Shown here: piece by piece, positions 43,014-53,400 of the stretch
How positions within the stretch are numbered: position 1 is the first letter of the stretch
Layout of the letters: each line of letters begins with the position of its first letter
DNA from: Gammaproteobacteria bacterium
GTDB lineage: Bacteria; Pseudomonadota; Gammaproteobacteria; Natronospirales; REEB76
Length of the DNA stretch: 64,000 bases
NCBI GenBank assembly: GCA_049698775.1
Contig: JBAVYM010000009.1
Location: 5,020-69,019 of the forward strand
Direction: 5' to 3'
Program-made: the position numbers and the translations under genes
Notes under the pieces: generated by a model
The model's input: only the letters and a program-made list of their open reading frames with translations
Told to the model about the DNA's origin: nothing
Database searches by the model: none

Positions 43014-44410
43014 ATCATTTCCTATCGCCCAAAGTCACCAACGATCTGATCCAAGCGGCGTATTTCATCGCCGCATTGCTGTTCATCATCGGTTTGAAAC
43101 GCATGAGTTCGCCGAAAGGCGCCAAGACCGGCATCATCTGGGCCGGCGTCGGCATGCTCATCGCCGGCCTCATCACCTTCCTGTGGCCGGGGATGCACAA
43201 CTACATCCTGATCATCGTCGCCATTTTCATCGGCGGCGTGGCCGCGTGGTGGAGCGGCAAGCGCGTGCCCATGACCGCCATGCCGCAGATGGTGGCGCTC
43301 TACAATGGCATGGGCGGCGGCGCGGCGGCGGCCATTGCCGCGGAGGAATTAATCCGCAATCAACCGTTTGCCATAGCGCCGGTGGTGCTGGCGGTCATCG
43401 GCGCGATCATCGGTGCGGTGTCCTTCAGCGGCAGTCTGATCGCGTTTGCCAAACTGCAGGGGCTCATCAGGAAATCCCTGCGCTACCGCGTCCAGCAGAT
43501 CGTGAATTCGCTGGTGCTGCTCGTGACGGTGGCGCTTGGCATCTGGATCATGGTGTTGCACGGCGCCGCGCCCATGTACGTGGTGATTCCGTTCTTCGCG
43601 CTGGCGCTCTTGTTCGGCATCCTGGTCACGCTGCCCATCGGTGGCGCGGATATGCCGGTGGTGATTTCGCTGTACAACGCCTGCACCGGCCTTGCGGTCG
43701 CCTTTGAGGGTTTCGTGCTCGGCAATGCCGCCATGATCATCGCCGGCATGGTGGTGGGCGCGGCCGGCACACTATTGACACAACTCATGGCGAAAGCCAT
43801 GAACCGTTCCATCGCCAACGTGTTGTTCAGCAACTTCGGCGAGACCGTGAGCGGCGGTGCGGAGAGCGTCAGCGGCAGCCTCAAGCCGATTGACGCCGCG
43901 GATGCCGGCACCATGATGGCTTACGCCAACAAGGTCATCATCGTGCCGGGTTACGGCATGGCCGTGGCCCAAGCCCAGCACAAGGTCTGGGAACTCACGC
44001 AGTTGCTGCAATCCCGCGACGTGCAGGTAAAATTCGCCATCCATCCGGTGGCAGGCCGCATGCCGGGCCACATGAACGTGCTGCTGGCGGAAGCCGGTGT
44101 GCCTTACGATCTGATTTCTGATTTGGAAGATATCAATCCGGAATTCGCCAGCGCCGACGTGGCACTCATCATCGGTGCCAACGACGTAGTGAATCCCGAC
44201 GCCCGCAACAAAAAGGACAGCCCCATCTACGGCATGCCCATCCTGAACGCCGACAAAGCCAGGAACGTCATCGTCATCAAGCGCGGACAGGGACGCGGCT
44301 TCTCCGGTATCGAGAACACGCTGTTCTACATGGACAACACCCGCATGCTCTACGGCGATGGCCAGGAAGCCGTAACGCGGCTGATTCAGAGCATCAAGTC
44401 GCTGGAATAG
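43010..44410 (+). CDS. pntB: NAD(P) transhydrogenase subunit beta
   Basis: ...MPQMVALYNGMGGGAAA..., C-terminal dIII IVPGYGMAVAQAQHKV...FAIHPVAGRMPGHMNVLLAEA...GANDVVNP. Confidence 0.9.
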   Translation: MNHFLSPKVTNDLIQAAYFIAALLFIIGLKRMSSPKGAKTGIIWAGVGMLIAGLITFLWPGMHNYILIIVAIFIGGVAAWWSGKRVPMTAMPQMVALYNGMGGGAAAAIAAEELIRNQPFAIAPVVLAVIGAIIGAVSFSGSLIAFAKLQGLIRKSLRYRVQQIVNSLVLLVTVALGIWIMVLHGAAPMYVVIPFFALALLFGILVTLPIGGADMPVVISLYNACTGLAVAFEGFVLGNAAMIIAGMVVGAAGTLLTQLMAKAMNRSIANVLFSNFGETVSGGAESVSGSLKPIDAADAGTMMAYANKVIIVPGYGMAVAQAQHKVWELTQLLQSRDVQVKFAIHPVAGRMPGHMNVLLAEAGVPYDLISDLEDINPEFASADVALIIGANDVVNPDARNKKDSPIYGMPILNADKARNVIVIKRGQGRGFSGIENTLFYMDNTRMLYGDGQEAVTRLIQSIKSLE

Positions 44411-44477
44411 ACCTGGCCGCATTCGCGCACAACAAAAGCTCCGCTGTTGCGGGACTTTTATTTGGATCCGGAACGTT

Positions 44478-44993
44478 TCAACCCGGCGGATGATGGGCGC
44501 GCATGCGCTGGCGGAACTGTTCGCGTTGGGCCGGCGTCATGTTCTGCCAACGTTGCCGCAGCGCCGCGCGCTTGTCCGGCGGCAGTTGCTGGAATTTCTG
44601 GAATTCCCCGCGGATCTGCTGCTGCTCCGCCGGCGGCAGTTTCTGGAAAGCCTCGAAGCGCTGACGGATCTGCGCACGATTCGCCGGTGACAGCTTGCGC
44701 CAGCGCGCCTGGCGCTGACGCGCGCGGGCGCGCTGCTCCGGCGTCATCTGCGCCCAGCGATCCGCGCCGCGCGCCAACTTGGCCTGCCGGTCCGCCGGCA
44801 AGCTCGTCCATTTGTTCTGCAAGGGTGCCAGTAATTGCTGCTGTTGCGGCGTCAGACTGGTCCACGGTACCGGTGCGGCGGGTGCAGCGACCGGCGCTTG
44901 CGGGCTAGGCATAGTGGCGGGTGGATCGGCGAATGCCAAGCCGCCGGCAGTCGCCAAGACTACGGCCAGAAATGAAGTTGCAAGTACACGCAT
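44478..44993 (-). CDS. DUF3106-domain periplasmic protein
   Basis: Signal peptide, then repeated W..L.P.Q/R..R helical units (WTSLTPQQQQLLAPL, WAQMTPEQRARARQR, FQKLPPAEQQQIRGEF, WQNMTPAQREQFRQR). Confidence 0.8.
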   Translation of the reverse strand: MRVLATSFLAVVLATAGGLAFADPPATMPSPQAPVAAPAAPVPWTSLTPQQQQLLAPLQNKWTSLPADRQAKLARGADRWAQMTPEQRARARQRQARWRKLSPANRAQIRQRFEAFQKLPPAEQQQIRGEFQKFQQLPPDKRAALRQRWQNMTPAQREQFRQRMRAHHPPG

Positions 44994-45289
44994 CACAGAC
45001 CGTGGCTCTCTGCATCCGGCGGAGTTTTGCCGGCATTGGCATCCTTGGAAGGTGGCAACGGCTTGCCTTCGCGGCGGGCGTGCTCCGCGGCCAGCTTGTC
45101 CGGATCAATGCGCGCGAAGGTCATGGGATCCACCCATTTGCCATCCGCGCCCTGCCAGGAGCCGAGGAACTCCAGCAACGCCGGATCCGCCTTGGGTGGC
45201 GGCACGACGGATTTTTGCTGGCTCGCGAACACCGGCGCGCTGAACAACAGCGCAGTCAACAGCCAGCCTGTGAATTTAGGGAAGCCCAG
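44993..45289 (-). CDS. Possible small secreted protein (~98 aa); start codon unresolved
   Basis: Stop overlaps the DUF3106 start (TGATG). Contains a signal-peptide-like FPKFTGWLLTALLFSAPVFASQQ. No ATG/GTG sits between the REP element and the signal peptide, so CTG 45289 or TTG are the only options. Confidence 0.3.
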   Translation of the reverse strand: MGFPKFTGWLLTALLFSAPVFASQQKSVVPPPKADPALLEFLGSWQGADGKWVDPMTFARIDPDKLAAEHARREGKPLPPSKDANAGKTPPDAESHGL

Positions 45290-45307
45290 ATTTATTCCAT
45301 TTCTGTC

Positions 45308-45389
45308 ATTCCCGCCCCCGCTACGCGAGGGCAGGCTCCGGCGGGAATCCAGCAATATCAAGAACCTGGATACCCGCTTCCGCGGGTAT
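45308..45389. repeat. REP-like double hairpin element
   Basis: attcccgcc-N23-ggcgggaat (45308-45348, 9-bp stem) and atacccgc-ttcc-gcgggtat (45370-45389, 8-bp stem). Related to 32837-32935. Confidence 0.6.
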
Positions 45390-45410
45390 GACGGATAAAT
45401 CAGAGGTTCC

Positions 45411-45818
45411 TTAGCCATTGTTGTTGGCTCCGGCATCGGTGGGTGACTCATTTTGCTGCTGCTGTTGCGCTTGCAGCCAGCGGTAGAAATCCATGTCAGC
45501 GTACATGTCCAGATTGTCGCTGGACAACACAATGGCCATATCTTCGTTGTTGGTAGTGGCGAAGGGCACGGCCGGCTGTGAACCGAGATTCCACCAGACC
45601 AGGCCGCCCGCCACCAGGGCGAACACAACGGCGATGGCGCCGGCCGGTAACGTCCAGCGGCGGATGCGCCAGAATGGCTGACGCCGCTCGGCGGCCTCCA
45701 CCGCGCGGGCACGGGCCTCGCGCAGGCGCGCCAAGATGCGGGCATCGAGTCCCGCGGCGCTGTCGGTGAAAAGCCTGCGGGCTTTATTGAGGAAAATCAT
45801 TTCGGTTTCAGTGTTCAT
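45411..45818 (-). CDS. DUF3619-family membrane protein (putative anti-sigma partner)
   Basis: MNTETEMIFLNKARRLFTDSAAGLDARILARLREARARAV..., single TM LPAGAIAVVFALVAGGLVWW. Start overlaps the sigma gene stop. Confidence 0.75.
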   Translation of the reverse strand: MNTETEMIFLNKARRLFTDSAAGLDARILARLREARARAVEAAERRQPFWRIRRWTLPAGAIAVVFALVAGGLVWWNLGSQPAVPFATTNNEDMAIVLSSDNLDMYADMDFYRWLQAQQQQQNESPTDAGANNNG

Positions 45819-46414
45819 TACCAGTGTTCTCCCAAGCTGTTCCGCAGGCTGTGTACCGCCCGCGAAAGATGGGTTTTGACGCTGCCCTCGGAGCAGCCCA
45901 TGGAGCGCGCGGTTTCAGCCACGTCCAGCCCCTCCAATATACGCAGCACAAAGGCCTCCCGTTGACGCCCTGGCAGGCCGTCCAGTGCGGTTTCCAGGGC
46001 TTTCATGGCCTCGCCCTGGGCCACCTGTTCGGACGGATCCCGGCCCGCCGGATCGGCCGCCGCCTCCACGGGGTCCGGCGGGTCGTCATCGGCATACCGC
46101 TGGCCGCCGAAAAAGCTCATCACCCGGTTGCGCACCGCCCGGCGACGCTGGCAGTCGCGGATGCGGCTTTGCAGGATGCAGTAGAACAGCGGCGGCCACT
46201 CGGCCTCGGGGCGTTGGGCGTAGCGCTTGGCCAGTTGCAGCATGGTGTCCTGCACAGCATCCAGAGCGTCGTCGGGATTACGCAAGGCCATCTGGGCGAT
46301 GCGGAAGGCGCGCCGCTCGACACCGGCCAGAAATGCGTTCAGATGGACTGCGGTATCCAGAAAGCCCCCCCGGGGGTGAAGTCGGACACGGCGGAACCGT
46401 GACATCGGCGTCAA
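45818..46414 (-). CDS. ECF-type RNA polymerase sigma-70 family factor
   Basis: Region 2 DALDAVQDTMLQLAKRY...LFYCILQSRIRDCQRR. Region 4 LPGRQREAFVLRILEGLDVAETARSMGCSEGSVKTHLSRAVHSLR. Confidence 0.85.
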   Translation of the reverse strand: MTPMSRFRRVRLHPRGGFLDTAVHLNAFLAGVERRAFRIAQMALRNPDDALDAVQDTMLQLAKRYAQRPEAEWPPLFYCILQSRIRDCQRRRAVRNRVMSFFGGQRYADDDPPDPVEAAADPAGRDPSEQVAQGEAMKALETALDGLPGRQREAFVLRILEGLDVAETARSMGCSEGSVKTHLSRAVHSLRNSLGEHW

Positions 46415-46673
46415 AGGTTATCATGCCGTCTCGCGCGGGTGCGGCCGGGCTGGCGCGCTGTGCCAGGGCGCGGCTTATTTTACCGGCCGACCCCGATAAA
46501 CAAACATCGCAAGTGCTTGATTAAAATTTCAAACGATTGATTCCCATGCAAAATTGCAGCGGACAAAATTTGCCCAAACTGATATTCACACACGGTAAAT
46601 CGGGAATCGCGGTATCTTCCGACAAAACATCCACAAACTTATCCACAGATAATGTGAATAAGACCCTACGCCT

Positions 46674-48884
46674 GTGACCGTGACGCCCCCACTCTACCTG
46701 CGGGTAGCGGTGCCTTCGCCTTTATACCGGCACTTTGATTATCTGCCGCCAGTAGACACGGACCCGAGCGCACTCATTCCCGGCGTGCGGGTACGGGTGC
46801 CGTTTGGCAGGCGTGCCATGGTGGGCGTGCTGCTGGAAACCGCCGCACACTCGGATATCCCGGCGGCCAGACTCAAGCCGGCGCTGCAAGTGCTGGATGC
46901 AGCGCCGCTGATTCCGGCGGACATGCTGGCGCTGGCACGTTGGGCGGCGGAGTACTACCGCCACCCGATCGGCGAAGTCATTCAGGCGCTGTTGCCGCTG
47001 CCCTTGCGCCGGGGAAAATCCACCTTGCAAACGCAGGTATTCCAATGGCGGCTCACGCCGCAAGGTACGGCGGCGGATACCACCCTGCTGAAGCGCGCAC
47101 CGAAACAGTTGGCGCTGTGGAAATTGCTGCAACAATATCCCGCGGGGCTGGATACCAACACACTCGATACCCATTTCAAAAACTGGAGTACGGCGCTCAA
47201 TGCGTTGCGAAAACGCGGCTGGGTGGAACGCATTCCGCTGACCTTCGAACCACCGGCCAGTCCGGTTTACACGGCTGCGGCGGTGCCACTCAACGCCGCC
47301 CAGCAAGACGCGGCGGGGAAAATCCGCGCTGCACTCGGAACCTATCAGGCATTCCTGCTGGACGGTGTCACCGGCAGCGGCAAAACCGAGGTGTACCTGG
47401 ACATCATGGCCGAAGTGGTGAAGCGCGGCCGACAGGCACTGGTGCTGGTGCCTGAAATCGGCCTCACACCGCAATTGCTGGATCGCCTGCGCGCACGTTT
47501 CGGCCAGGTGGCGGTGTTTCATTCGGGGCTGAGTGACGGCGAACATCTTGAAACCTGGCTCGCCGCTCGCGACGGGCGTGCGCCGGTGGTGGTCGGCACG
47601 CGCTCGGCGGTGTTCGTGCCACTGAAGAATCCCGGCGTGATCGTGGTGGACGAGGAACACGATGCTTCGTTCAAACAACAGGACGGTTTCCGTTACTCGG
47701 CGCGCGATCTGGCCGTAGTGCGCGCCCAACGCCACCGGATTCCGGTGGTGCTGGGTTCCGCCACGCCGTCACTGGAATCGCTGCACAACGTGGATCAACT
47801 GCGCTACGCACATCTTGTGCTGCCGGAGCGTGCCGGGAATGCCAAACATCCGGCGATGCGCCTGCTCGACATCCGCAGCCGGCCGCTGGATGAAGGTCTG
47901 TCCGATCTGCTGCTGGTCGCCATGCGCGAACATCTGCGCGCGAACGGCCAAGTGTTGCTGTTCCTCAACCGGCGCGGTTATGCGCCCACGGTCATGTGTC
48001 ACGGCTGCGGGCACAGCTTGAAGTGCAAACGTTGCGACGCACGCATGACGCTGCACGGCAACCGGCGTTTGCAATGCCATCACTGTGGCGCCGAGCGCGC
48101 GTTGCCGGCGCGTTGCGAACACTGTGGCGGCAGCGAGTTCGGTCACTTCGGTGCGGGCACCGAGCGCATTGAACGGGCACTGGTGCGGTTATTCCCGGAT
48201 ACCGGCATTGCGCGCATGGATCGCGACAGTACCCGCCGCAAGGGCAGCATGACAGCCTTGCTGGATGGCGTGCGCCGCGGCGAGCATCAAATTCTGATCG
48301 GCACGCAGATGCTCGCCAAGGGCCACGATTTTCCGAACGTAACCCTGGTCGGCATCCTGGATGCGGATCAGGGCCTGTTCGGTGTGGATTTCCGCGCCAG
48401 TGAGCGCATGGCGCAACTCATCATCCAGGTGGCGGGCCGGGCCGGCCGCGCCGAGCGTCCCGGCGAGGTATTGATCCAGACCCATCATCCGGATCACCCG
48501 CTGCTCAACCATCTGGTGCGCGAGGGCTACACCAGTTTTGCCACGGTGGCGTTGACGGAACGCCGCAACGCCGGACTGCCGCCCTATGCCGCCATGGCCC
48601 TGTTGCGCGCTGAGGCGGCCACCGGGAGCGCCCCGCACACGTTCCTGGAAGCTGCCAAAGCCAGATTGGCGCCGGCCTGCGGCCGCCAGGTGCAGTTGCT
48701 GGGTCCGGTGCCGGCGCCCATGGAACGCCGCGCCGGCCGTTTCCGCGCCCAGTTGCTGCTGCTGGCCAGCCAGCGCGCGCTCTTGCAACAGGCACTGGCC
48801 ACAGCTCTGCCGGCTATTGAAACGCTGAAGGCGACACGGCGTGTGCGCTGGTCCATAGATATTGATCCGGCTGAAACCTATTGA
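46674..48884 (+). CDS. priA: Primosomal replication-restart helicase PriA
   Basis: [16 protein letters not shown]..., Walker [17 protein letters not shown], Zn-finger region [31 protein letters not shown]...CEHCG, ...[18 protein letters not shown]. Confidence 0.9.
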   Translation: MTVTPPLYLRVAVPSPLYRHFDYLPPVDTDPSALIPGVRVRVPFGRRAMVGVLLETAAHSDIPAARLKPALQVLDAAPLIPADMLALARWAAEYYRHPIGEVIQALLPLPLRRGKSTLQTQVFQWRLTPQGTAADTTLLKRAPKQLALWKLLQQYPAGLDTNTLDTHFKNWSTALNALRKRGWVERIPLTFEPPASPVYTAAAVPLNAAQQDAAGKIRAALGTYQAFLLDGVTGSGKTEVYLDIMAEVVKRGRQALVLVPEIGLTPQLLDRLRARFGQVAVFHSGLSDGEHLETWLAARDGRAPVVVGTRSAVFVPLKNPGVIVVDEEHDASFKQQDGFRYSARDLAVVRAQRHRIPVVLGSATPSLESLHNVDQLRYAHLVLPERAGNAKHPAMRLLDIRSRPLDEGLSDLLLVAMREHLRANGQVLLFLNRRGYAPTVMCHGCGHSLKCKRCDARMTLHGNRRLQCHHCGAERALPARCEHCGGSEFGHFGAGTERIERALVRLFPDTGIARMDRDSTRRKGSMTALLDGVRRGEHQILIGTQMLAKGHDFPNVTLVGILDADQGLFGVDFRASERMAQLIIQVAGRAGRAERPGEVLIQTHHPDHPLLNHLVREGYTSFATVALTERRNAGLPPYAAMALLRAEAATGSAPHTFLEAAKARLAPACGRQVQLLGPVPAPMERRAGRFRAQLLLLASQRALLQQALATALPAIETLKATRRVRWSIDIDPAETY

Positions 48885-48963
48885 AACCGGTTTTGCTTCT
48901 ACGCCCGCAACGCAACCGGTAGAATTCAGCCCCGGTTTCATTCCTGCCGGCAGGAATCGTGTT

Positions 48964-50640
48964 TTGAAACAAGCGCTCGAAACTCTGCTGCACACGACGC
49001 TCAAACATCTGGCCGGCGACCTGTTCCCGAAAGCGGCTTTGCCCGAGGCGGCGTTGCTGGAACGCACGCGCGACCGCAGTCACGGCGATTTCGCCACCAA
49101 CGTGGCCTTGATGTTGGCGAAACACGCCGGCAAAAAGCCGCGCGAACTGGCGGAACAAATCATCCGGGCACTGCCGCAGTCCGATCTTGTTGCCAAAGTC
49201 GAAATCGCCGGCCCCGGTTTCATCAATTTCTTCCTCGCGCCATCCGCCTATTACGCGGAAGTGAAACAAATACTGGCAGCCAGCAACACATACGGCCGCA
49301 ACAATTCCGGCAGCGGCGCGCGCGCCATGCTGGAATTCGTGTCCGCCAATCCGACCGGACCTTTGCACGTGGGCCACGGCCGCGCTGCCGCCATCGGCGA
49401 TACGCTGGCGCGGCTGCTGGACGCGACTGGCTGGAAGGTGACGCGCGAGTTCTATTACAACGATGCTGGCGCACAGATAGACAACCTGGCCTTGTCGGTG
49501 CAGGCGCGTTGCAAACACATCGAACCCGATCAAGCCGGCTGGCCGAAAGACGGTTACCGCGGCGAATACATCCAGGAGGTGGCGCGTGCATACATGCAGC
49601 GCGAAACCGTTCAGACGGACGGAACCAGCGTCACCGGCGCCGCCGATCTGGACGCCATCTGCCGGTTCGCAGTCGCATATCTCAGGCGCGAACAGGATCT
49701 GGACTTGCGCGCATTCGGCGTGGAGTTCGATGCTTATTACCTTGAATCCTCGCTCTATACTGGCGGCAAGGTGGACGAAACCGTGCGCCAGCTCGTGGCG
49801 CACGGCCACACCTACGAGGAAGGCGGTGCGCTGTGGCTCAAGACCACCGACTTCGGCGATGACAAGGACCGCGTGATGCGCAAGTCCGACGGCAGCTACA
49901 CCTATTTCCTGCCGGACGTGGCGTACCACCTGAGCAAATGGCAACGCGGTTACCAGCGCGCCATCACCGAGCTGGGTGCCGATCACCACGGCTCGCTCAT
50001 GCGCGTACACGCCGGTTTGCAGGCACTCGAAGCGGGCATCCCGAACGGTTGGCCGGAATACGTGCTGCACCAGATGGTGACCGTGATGCGCGGCGGCGCG
50101 GAAGTGAAACTCTCCAAGCGCGCCGGCAGCTACGTCACGCTGCGCGACCTCATAGACGAAGTGGGCCGCGACGCCACGCGCTACTTCCTGGTGGCGCGCA
50201 AGAGCGATTCGCAACTCACCTTTGATATTGATCTGGCGCGTTCGCGGACCAACGAAAATCCGGTGTACTACATCCAGTACTCACATGCGCGCGTCGCCAG
50301 CGTATTCCGGCAACTGGCGGAGAAAGGCTACGTCTGGGACGCGGACAATGGCAAACGAAACCTGCCGAAACTAACCGAAAGTCATGAACAAGCCTTGCTG
50401 GTCAGCCTGTCACGCTTTCCGGAAATGGTGGACATCGCCGCGCGCAACCTGGAACCGCATCTCGTCGCTCAGTATCTGCGGGAACTGGCCAACGATTTCC
50501 ACACCTATTACGACGCCCACCACTTCATCGTGGAAGATGCAATGCTGCGCGATGCGCGCCTTACGCTTATCGCCGCTACCAAACAAGTGTTACGCAACGG
50601 ACTGGCATTGCTGGGCGTATCAGCGCCCGAGAGTATGTAA
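48964..50640 (+). CDS. argS: Arginine--tRNA ligase
   Basis: TTG 48964 gives (M)[15 protein letters not shown]... aligned to ArgS N-termini. HIGH-type [14 protein letters not shown], ...[14 protein letters not shown]..., MSKR-like KLSKRAG, C-terminal anticodon-binding domain. Confidence 0.9.
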   Translation: MKQALETLLHTTLKHLAGDLFPKAALPEAALLERTRDRSHGDFATNVALMLAKHAGKKPRELAEQIIRALPQSDLVAKVEIAGPGFINFFLAPSAYYAEVKQILAASNTYGRNNSGSGARAMLEFVSANPTGPLHVGHGRAAAIGDTLARLLDATGWKVTREFYYNDAGAQIDNLALSVQARCKHIEPDQAGWPKDGYRGEYIQEVARAYMQRETVQTDGTSVTGAADLDAICRFAVAYLRREQDLDLRAFGVEFDAYYLESSLYTGGKVDETVRQLVAHGHTYEEGGALWLKTTDFGDDKDRVMRKSDGSYTYFLPDVAYHLSKWQRGYQRAITELGADHHGSLMRVHAGLQALEAGIPNGWPEYVLHQMVTVMRGGAEVKLSKRAGSYVTLRDLIDEVGRDATRYFLVARKSDSQLTFDIDLARSRTNENPVYYIQYSHARVASVFRQLAEKGYVWDADNGKRNLPKLTESHEQALLVSLSRFPEMVDIAARNLEPHLVAQYLRELANDFHTYYDAHHFIVEDAMLRDARLTLIAATKQVLRNGLALLGVSAPESM

Positions 50641-51218
50641 TGGCGAAAGACTACAAGCATTCTCCCAAACCCAAAGACAAGCCGCCCAGAAAAAACGGCA
50701 GCCTGCCCGGCTGGGGCTGGTTCATCATCGGCATCATCGTGACGGTGGTAATCATCAAGGCTGCACCGCAAATGTGGAAGAAAGCCGAGCAGCGTTTCCA
50801 TTTCGGCAATCTGCAAACGGCGCAATCGGTTCCGAAAACTGGCAACAAGGCGTCCGCTGCAAGCACAGCGCCGTCAGAACCGCATTTCGATTTTTACAAA
50901 CTGCTGCCGTCCTTCCAGGTGGTCATCCCCAGCCAGGACAAGGAAACCCGCTCTGGTGATGTGCCCGGCCCCGTCAGCCAACCCGGCATCTATATCCTGC
51001 AAGTGGGCTCGTTCCAGAACTACGCCGAAGCCGACAAACTCAAGGCCAATCTCGCGCTGCTCGGCGTCGAGTCCAGCATCCAGCAGGTGACGGTCTCCAA
51101 CGGCAGCACCTGGAACCGGGTGCGCATCGGACCCATCAACAACCTGCCGCAACTCAATTCACTGCGCGCGAAACTCGCTCAGAATCACATCGAACCGCTG
51201 GTCATCAAGACCAATTAA
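50640..51218 (+). CDS. SPOR-domain (FtsN-like) cell-division protein
   Basis: N-terminal TM GWGWFIIGIIVTVVII. C-terminal SPOR YILQVGSFQNYAEADKLKANLALLGVESSIQQVTVSNGSTWNRVRIGP. Confidence 0.85.
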   Translation: MAKDYKHSPKPKDKPPRKNGSLPGWGWFIIGIIVTVVIIKAAPQMWKKAEQRFHFGNLQTAQSVPKTGNKASAASTAPSEPHFDFYKLLPSFQVVIPSQDKETRSGDVPGPVSQPGIYILQVGSFQNYAEADKLKANLALLGVESSIQQVTVSNGSTWNRVRIGPINNLPQLNSLRAKLAQNHIEPLVIKTN

Positions 51219-51411
51219 GCGCGTTCAACAAAATAAACGCCCGTCTCTCATGGCTTCCCTCTCGATGCCCTCGCCCCCTGGCGGGAGATGACTGCGCGGA
51301 TGCAGGAGGTACGGCAACACATGCAGTAGTTGCCGAGGCCAGGTGAGACATTTTCTTATACGCATTAGACGCTATACTGTCCCCTACGCGCTCTGCATCA
51401 GGCCACGGAAG

Positions 51412-51642
51412 ATGATCCGGTACGACCCCCATGCCCTGTTCCAAATGACACGGCGTGGCATTCAAACGGAATGGGTGGAAGCAGCCGTTCTGGCGCCTGA
51501 GGAACAGGAAACGCGGGACGACAAACGCTCCTTTTTCAAATGCCATAGGGACCGGGGTAAAATGTTGCGTGTAGTCACGCGGCTGGATGACCCTGAGTAT
51601 GTCATCACCGTTTATTTTGACAGGAGAAGACCATGCGGGTAA
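51412..51642 (+). CDS. DUF4258-domain protein (putative toxin)
   Basis: MIRYDPHALFQMTRRGIQTEWVEAAVLAPEEQETRDD...LRVVTRLDDPEYVITVYFDRR. Internal ATG 51412. Confidence 0.65.
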   Translation: MIRYDPHALFQMTRRGIQTEWVEAAVLAPEEQETRDDKRSFFKCHRDRGKMLRVVTRLDDPEYVITVYFDRRRPCG

Positions 51643-51869
51643 GAGTGGATAAGGGTTCCGATGCGGTGTACCTGGATCTAACCGGCGCCCCGATTGAAAG
51701 CAGCGAAGAAGTCGCGCCGGGGATGATTGCCGACTACGATGCCAAAGGTCATCTCGTTGGTATTGAACTTCTGGATGCCTCCAAACACGCAGGGGATATC
51801 GGCATTCTCGAAGAAATCACCGTGCTAAGCAAAACCAAGCCATCAGGTAAAACACCTGCGCACCTATAG
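51633..51869 (+). CDS. DUF2283-domain protein (putative antitoxin)
   Basis: MRVRVDKGSDAVYLDLTGAPIESSEEVAPGMIADYDAKGHLVGIELLDASKH. 10-nt overlap with the upstream ORF. Confidence 0.7.
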   Translation: MRVRVDKGSDAVYLDLTGAPIESSEEVAPGMIADYDAKGHLVGIELLDASKHAGDIGILEEITVLSKTKPSGKTPAHL

Positions 51870-52011
51870 TGCTTGACTTGGGAAACGTTTGGCGCTTCAA
51901 CATACGACATCTCCTCAGGCAGTATGTGCCTATCTGGGTGTCCGTTAAATCGGGGGCAGTTCAGACTACGGTTATTCGTATCGCAAAAGCTCGCACGTTA
52001 AATCACCACCC

Positions 52012-53391
52012 TCACGAAGCATCCTGTTCATCGCCACCCAGACTGCGGAAATCAATGCCTAGGGCATTGAGCTTGCGGTATAAATGGGTGCGTTCCATGC
52101 CGACACGCTCGGCGAGCTTGCCGACCTTGCCGCCGCAGAGTTGCAACTGCTGTTCGAGGTACGCGCGCTCGAAGAGTTCGCGCGCCTCGCGCAGCGGCAG
52201 GGATAGCAAATCCTGTTTTACCAGCGGTCCGTCGGCGTTGTAGGGCGTGAGCGCGCCTTCCACTTCTTGCAGCGACACTTCGCTGTCGTCGCCCAGCATC
52301 AGGAAGCGCTGCACCAGATTCCTGAATTCCTGCAGATTGCCCGGCCAGGGATAATTGCGCAGACGGTTCTGGGCGGCGACGCTGAAACGCCGGTATTTGA
52401 GGTGGCCGCCGTCCGCCAAGGCATCGGTGTAATGACGCAGCAGCTCCGGCACGTCTTCCAGGTAGTCGCGCAGCGGCGGCACTTGTAGCAGCACGCCCTC
52501 GAGGCGCGCGTACAGATCGCGGCGGAAACGTCCGTCCGCCAACTGTTTTTCGATGTCCGGCAGCGCCGAAGACATGATGCGCAGATCCAGGGTTTCGGAC
52601 TTCTGCCCGCCGATACGCGTATAGCTGCCCTGCTCAAGCACACTCAACAGTAATTGCTGCGCCGGTGGCGGCATGTCGGTAAGTTCATTCAGGAACAAGG
52701 TGCCTTCGCGCGCGGCATCGAACCAGCCCGGCTCGATCTGGCCGTTGTGTTCGCGGCCAAGCAAACGGATTTCGGCTGCCTCGGCGGACAGCCCCGCCAG
52801 CACCGCGTTCACGAACGGACCAGCGGCGCGCGCGCTCAGGGCATGCATGTGGCCCGCGATGCTCTCACGGCCGGTACCGGCTTCGCCCATCAGCAGCACC
52901 GGCGCGTCATGCGGCGCGAGGCGGCGGCATTGATCGCGCAGTCTTTGCATGGCGCGGCTCTTGCCGAGCGGTTCGAGCGGCGTCTGCGCACTGCGGTTGG
53001 CATACTGACTGCGCGTCTGCCGCCCGGTCTCGATGGCGTGCTCCACGGTGCTCAGCAGTTTGGCCAGCGCCAGGGGTTTTTCGACGAAATCCAGCGCGCC
53101 AAGTTTGGTGGCTTCGATGGCGGCATCCACGGTGCCGTGACCCGACATCATCACCACCGGGAATGGCAGTGTGTTTTCGCGGCTCCATTCCTTGAGCAGG
53201 CTGATGCCGTCCATGTCCGGCATCCAGATATCCAGCAACACCAGATCCGGTTCGGATTTGGTGCGCGCCGCGCGCGCTTCCGCGGCGTTGCCCGCCACGC
53301 GCACCTCATAACCTTCGTCGGTGAGGATTTCCTGGACCATGTCGCGGATGTCCGCTTCATCATCCACCACCAGAATCTGCGAAGCCCGCAT
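52012..53391 (-). CDS. ntrX: NtrX-like response regulator (REC + AAA+ lacking GAFTGA + Fis HTH)
   Basis: ILVVDDEADIRDMVQEILTDEGYEV...DLVLLDIWMPDMDG. GEAGTGRE Walker A with no GAFTGA loop. C-terminal KLAERVGMERTHLYRKLNALGI. Confidence 0.8.
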   Translation of the reverse strand: MRASQILVVDDEADIRDMVQEILTDEGYEVRVAGNAAEARAARTKSEPDLVLLDIWMPDMDGISLLKEWSRENTLPFPVVMMSGHGTVDAAIEATKLGALDFVEKPLALAKLLSTVEHAIETGRQTRSQYANRSAQTPLEPLGKSRAMQRLRDQCRRLAPHDAPVLLMGEAGTGRESIAGHMHALSARAAGPFVNAVLAGLSAEAAEIRLLGREHNGQIEPGWFDAAREGTLFLNELTDMPPPAQQLLLSVLEQGSYTRIGGQKSETLDLRIMSSALPDIEKQLADGRFRRDLYARLEGVLLQVPPLRDYLEDVPELLRHYTDALADGGHLKYRRFSVAAQNRLRNYPWPGNLQEFRNLVQRFLMLGDDSEVSLQEVEGALTPYNADGPLVKQDLLSLPLREARELFERAYLEQQLQLCGGKVGKLAERVGMERTHLYRKLNALGIDFRSLGGDEQDAS

Positions 53392-53400
53392 CTGATCCTC

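Noticed and set aside
45290-45745. N-terminal 150 aa of the 250-aa ORF 44993-45745
   Set aside because: It overlaps the DUF3619 gene out of frame and reads through a REP-like hairpin element. Only the distal ~98 codons look like a real (low-confidence) gene.
46520-46670. AT-rich stretch with DnaA boxes as a candidate oriC
   Set aside because: It has only one perfect and one imperfect box, no 13-mer-like AT repeats or GATC cluster, and no dnaA/dnaN/gidA context. It is treated as a possible regulatory site only.
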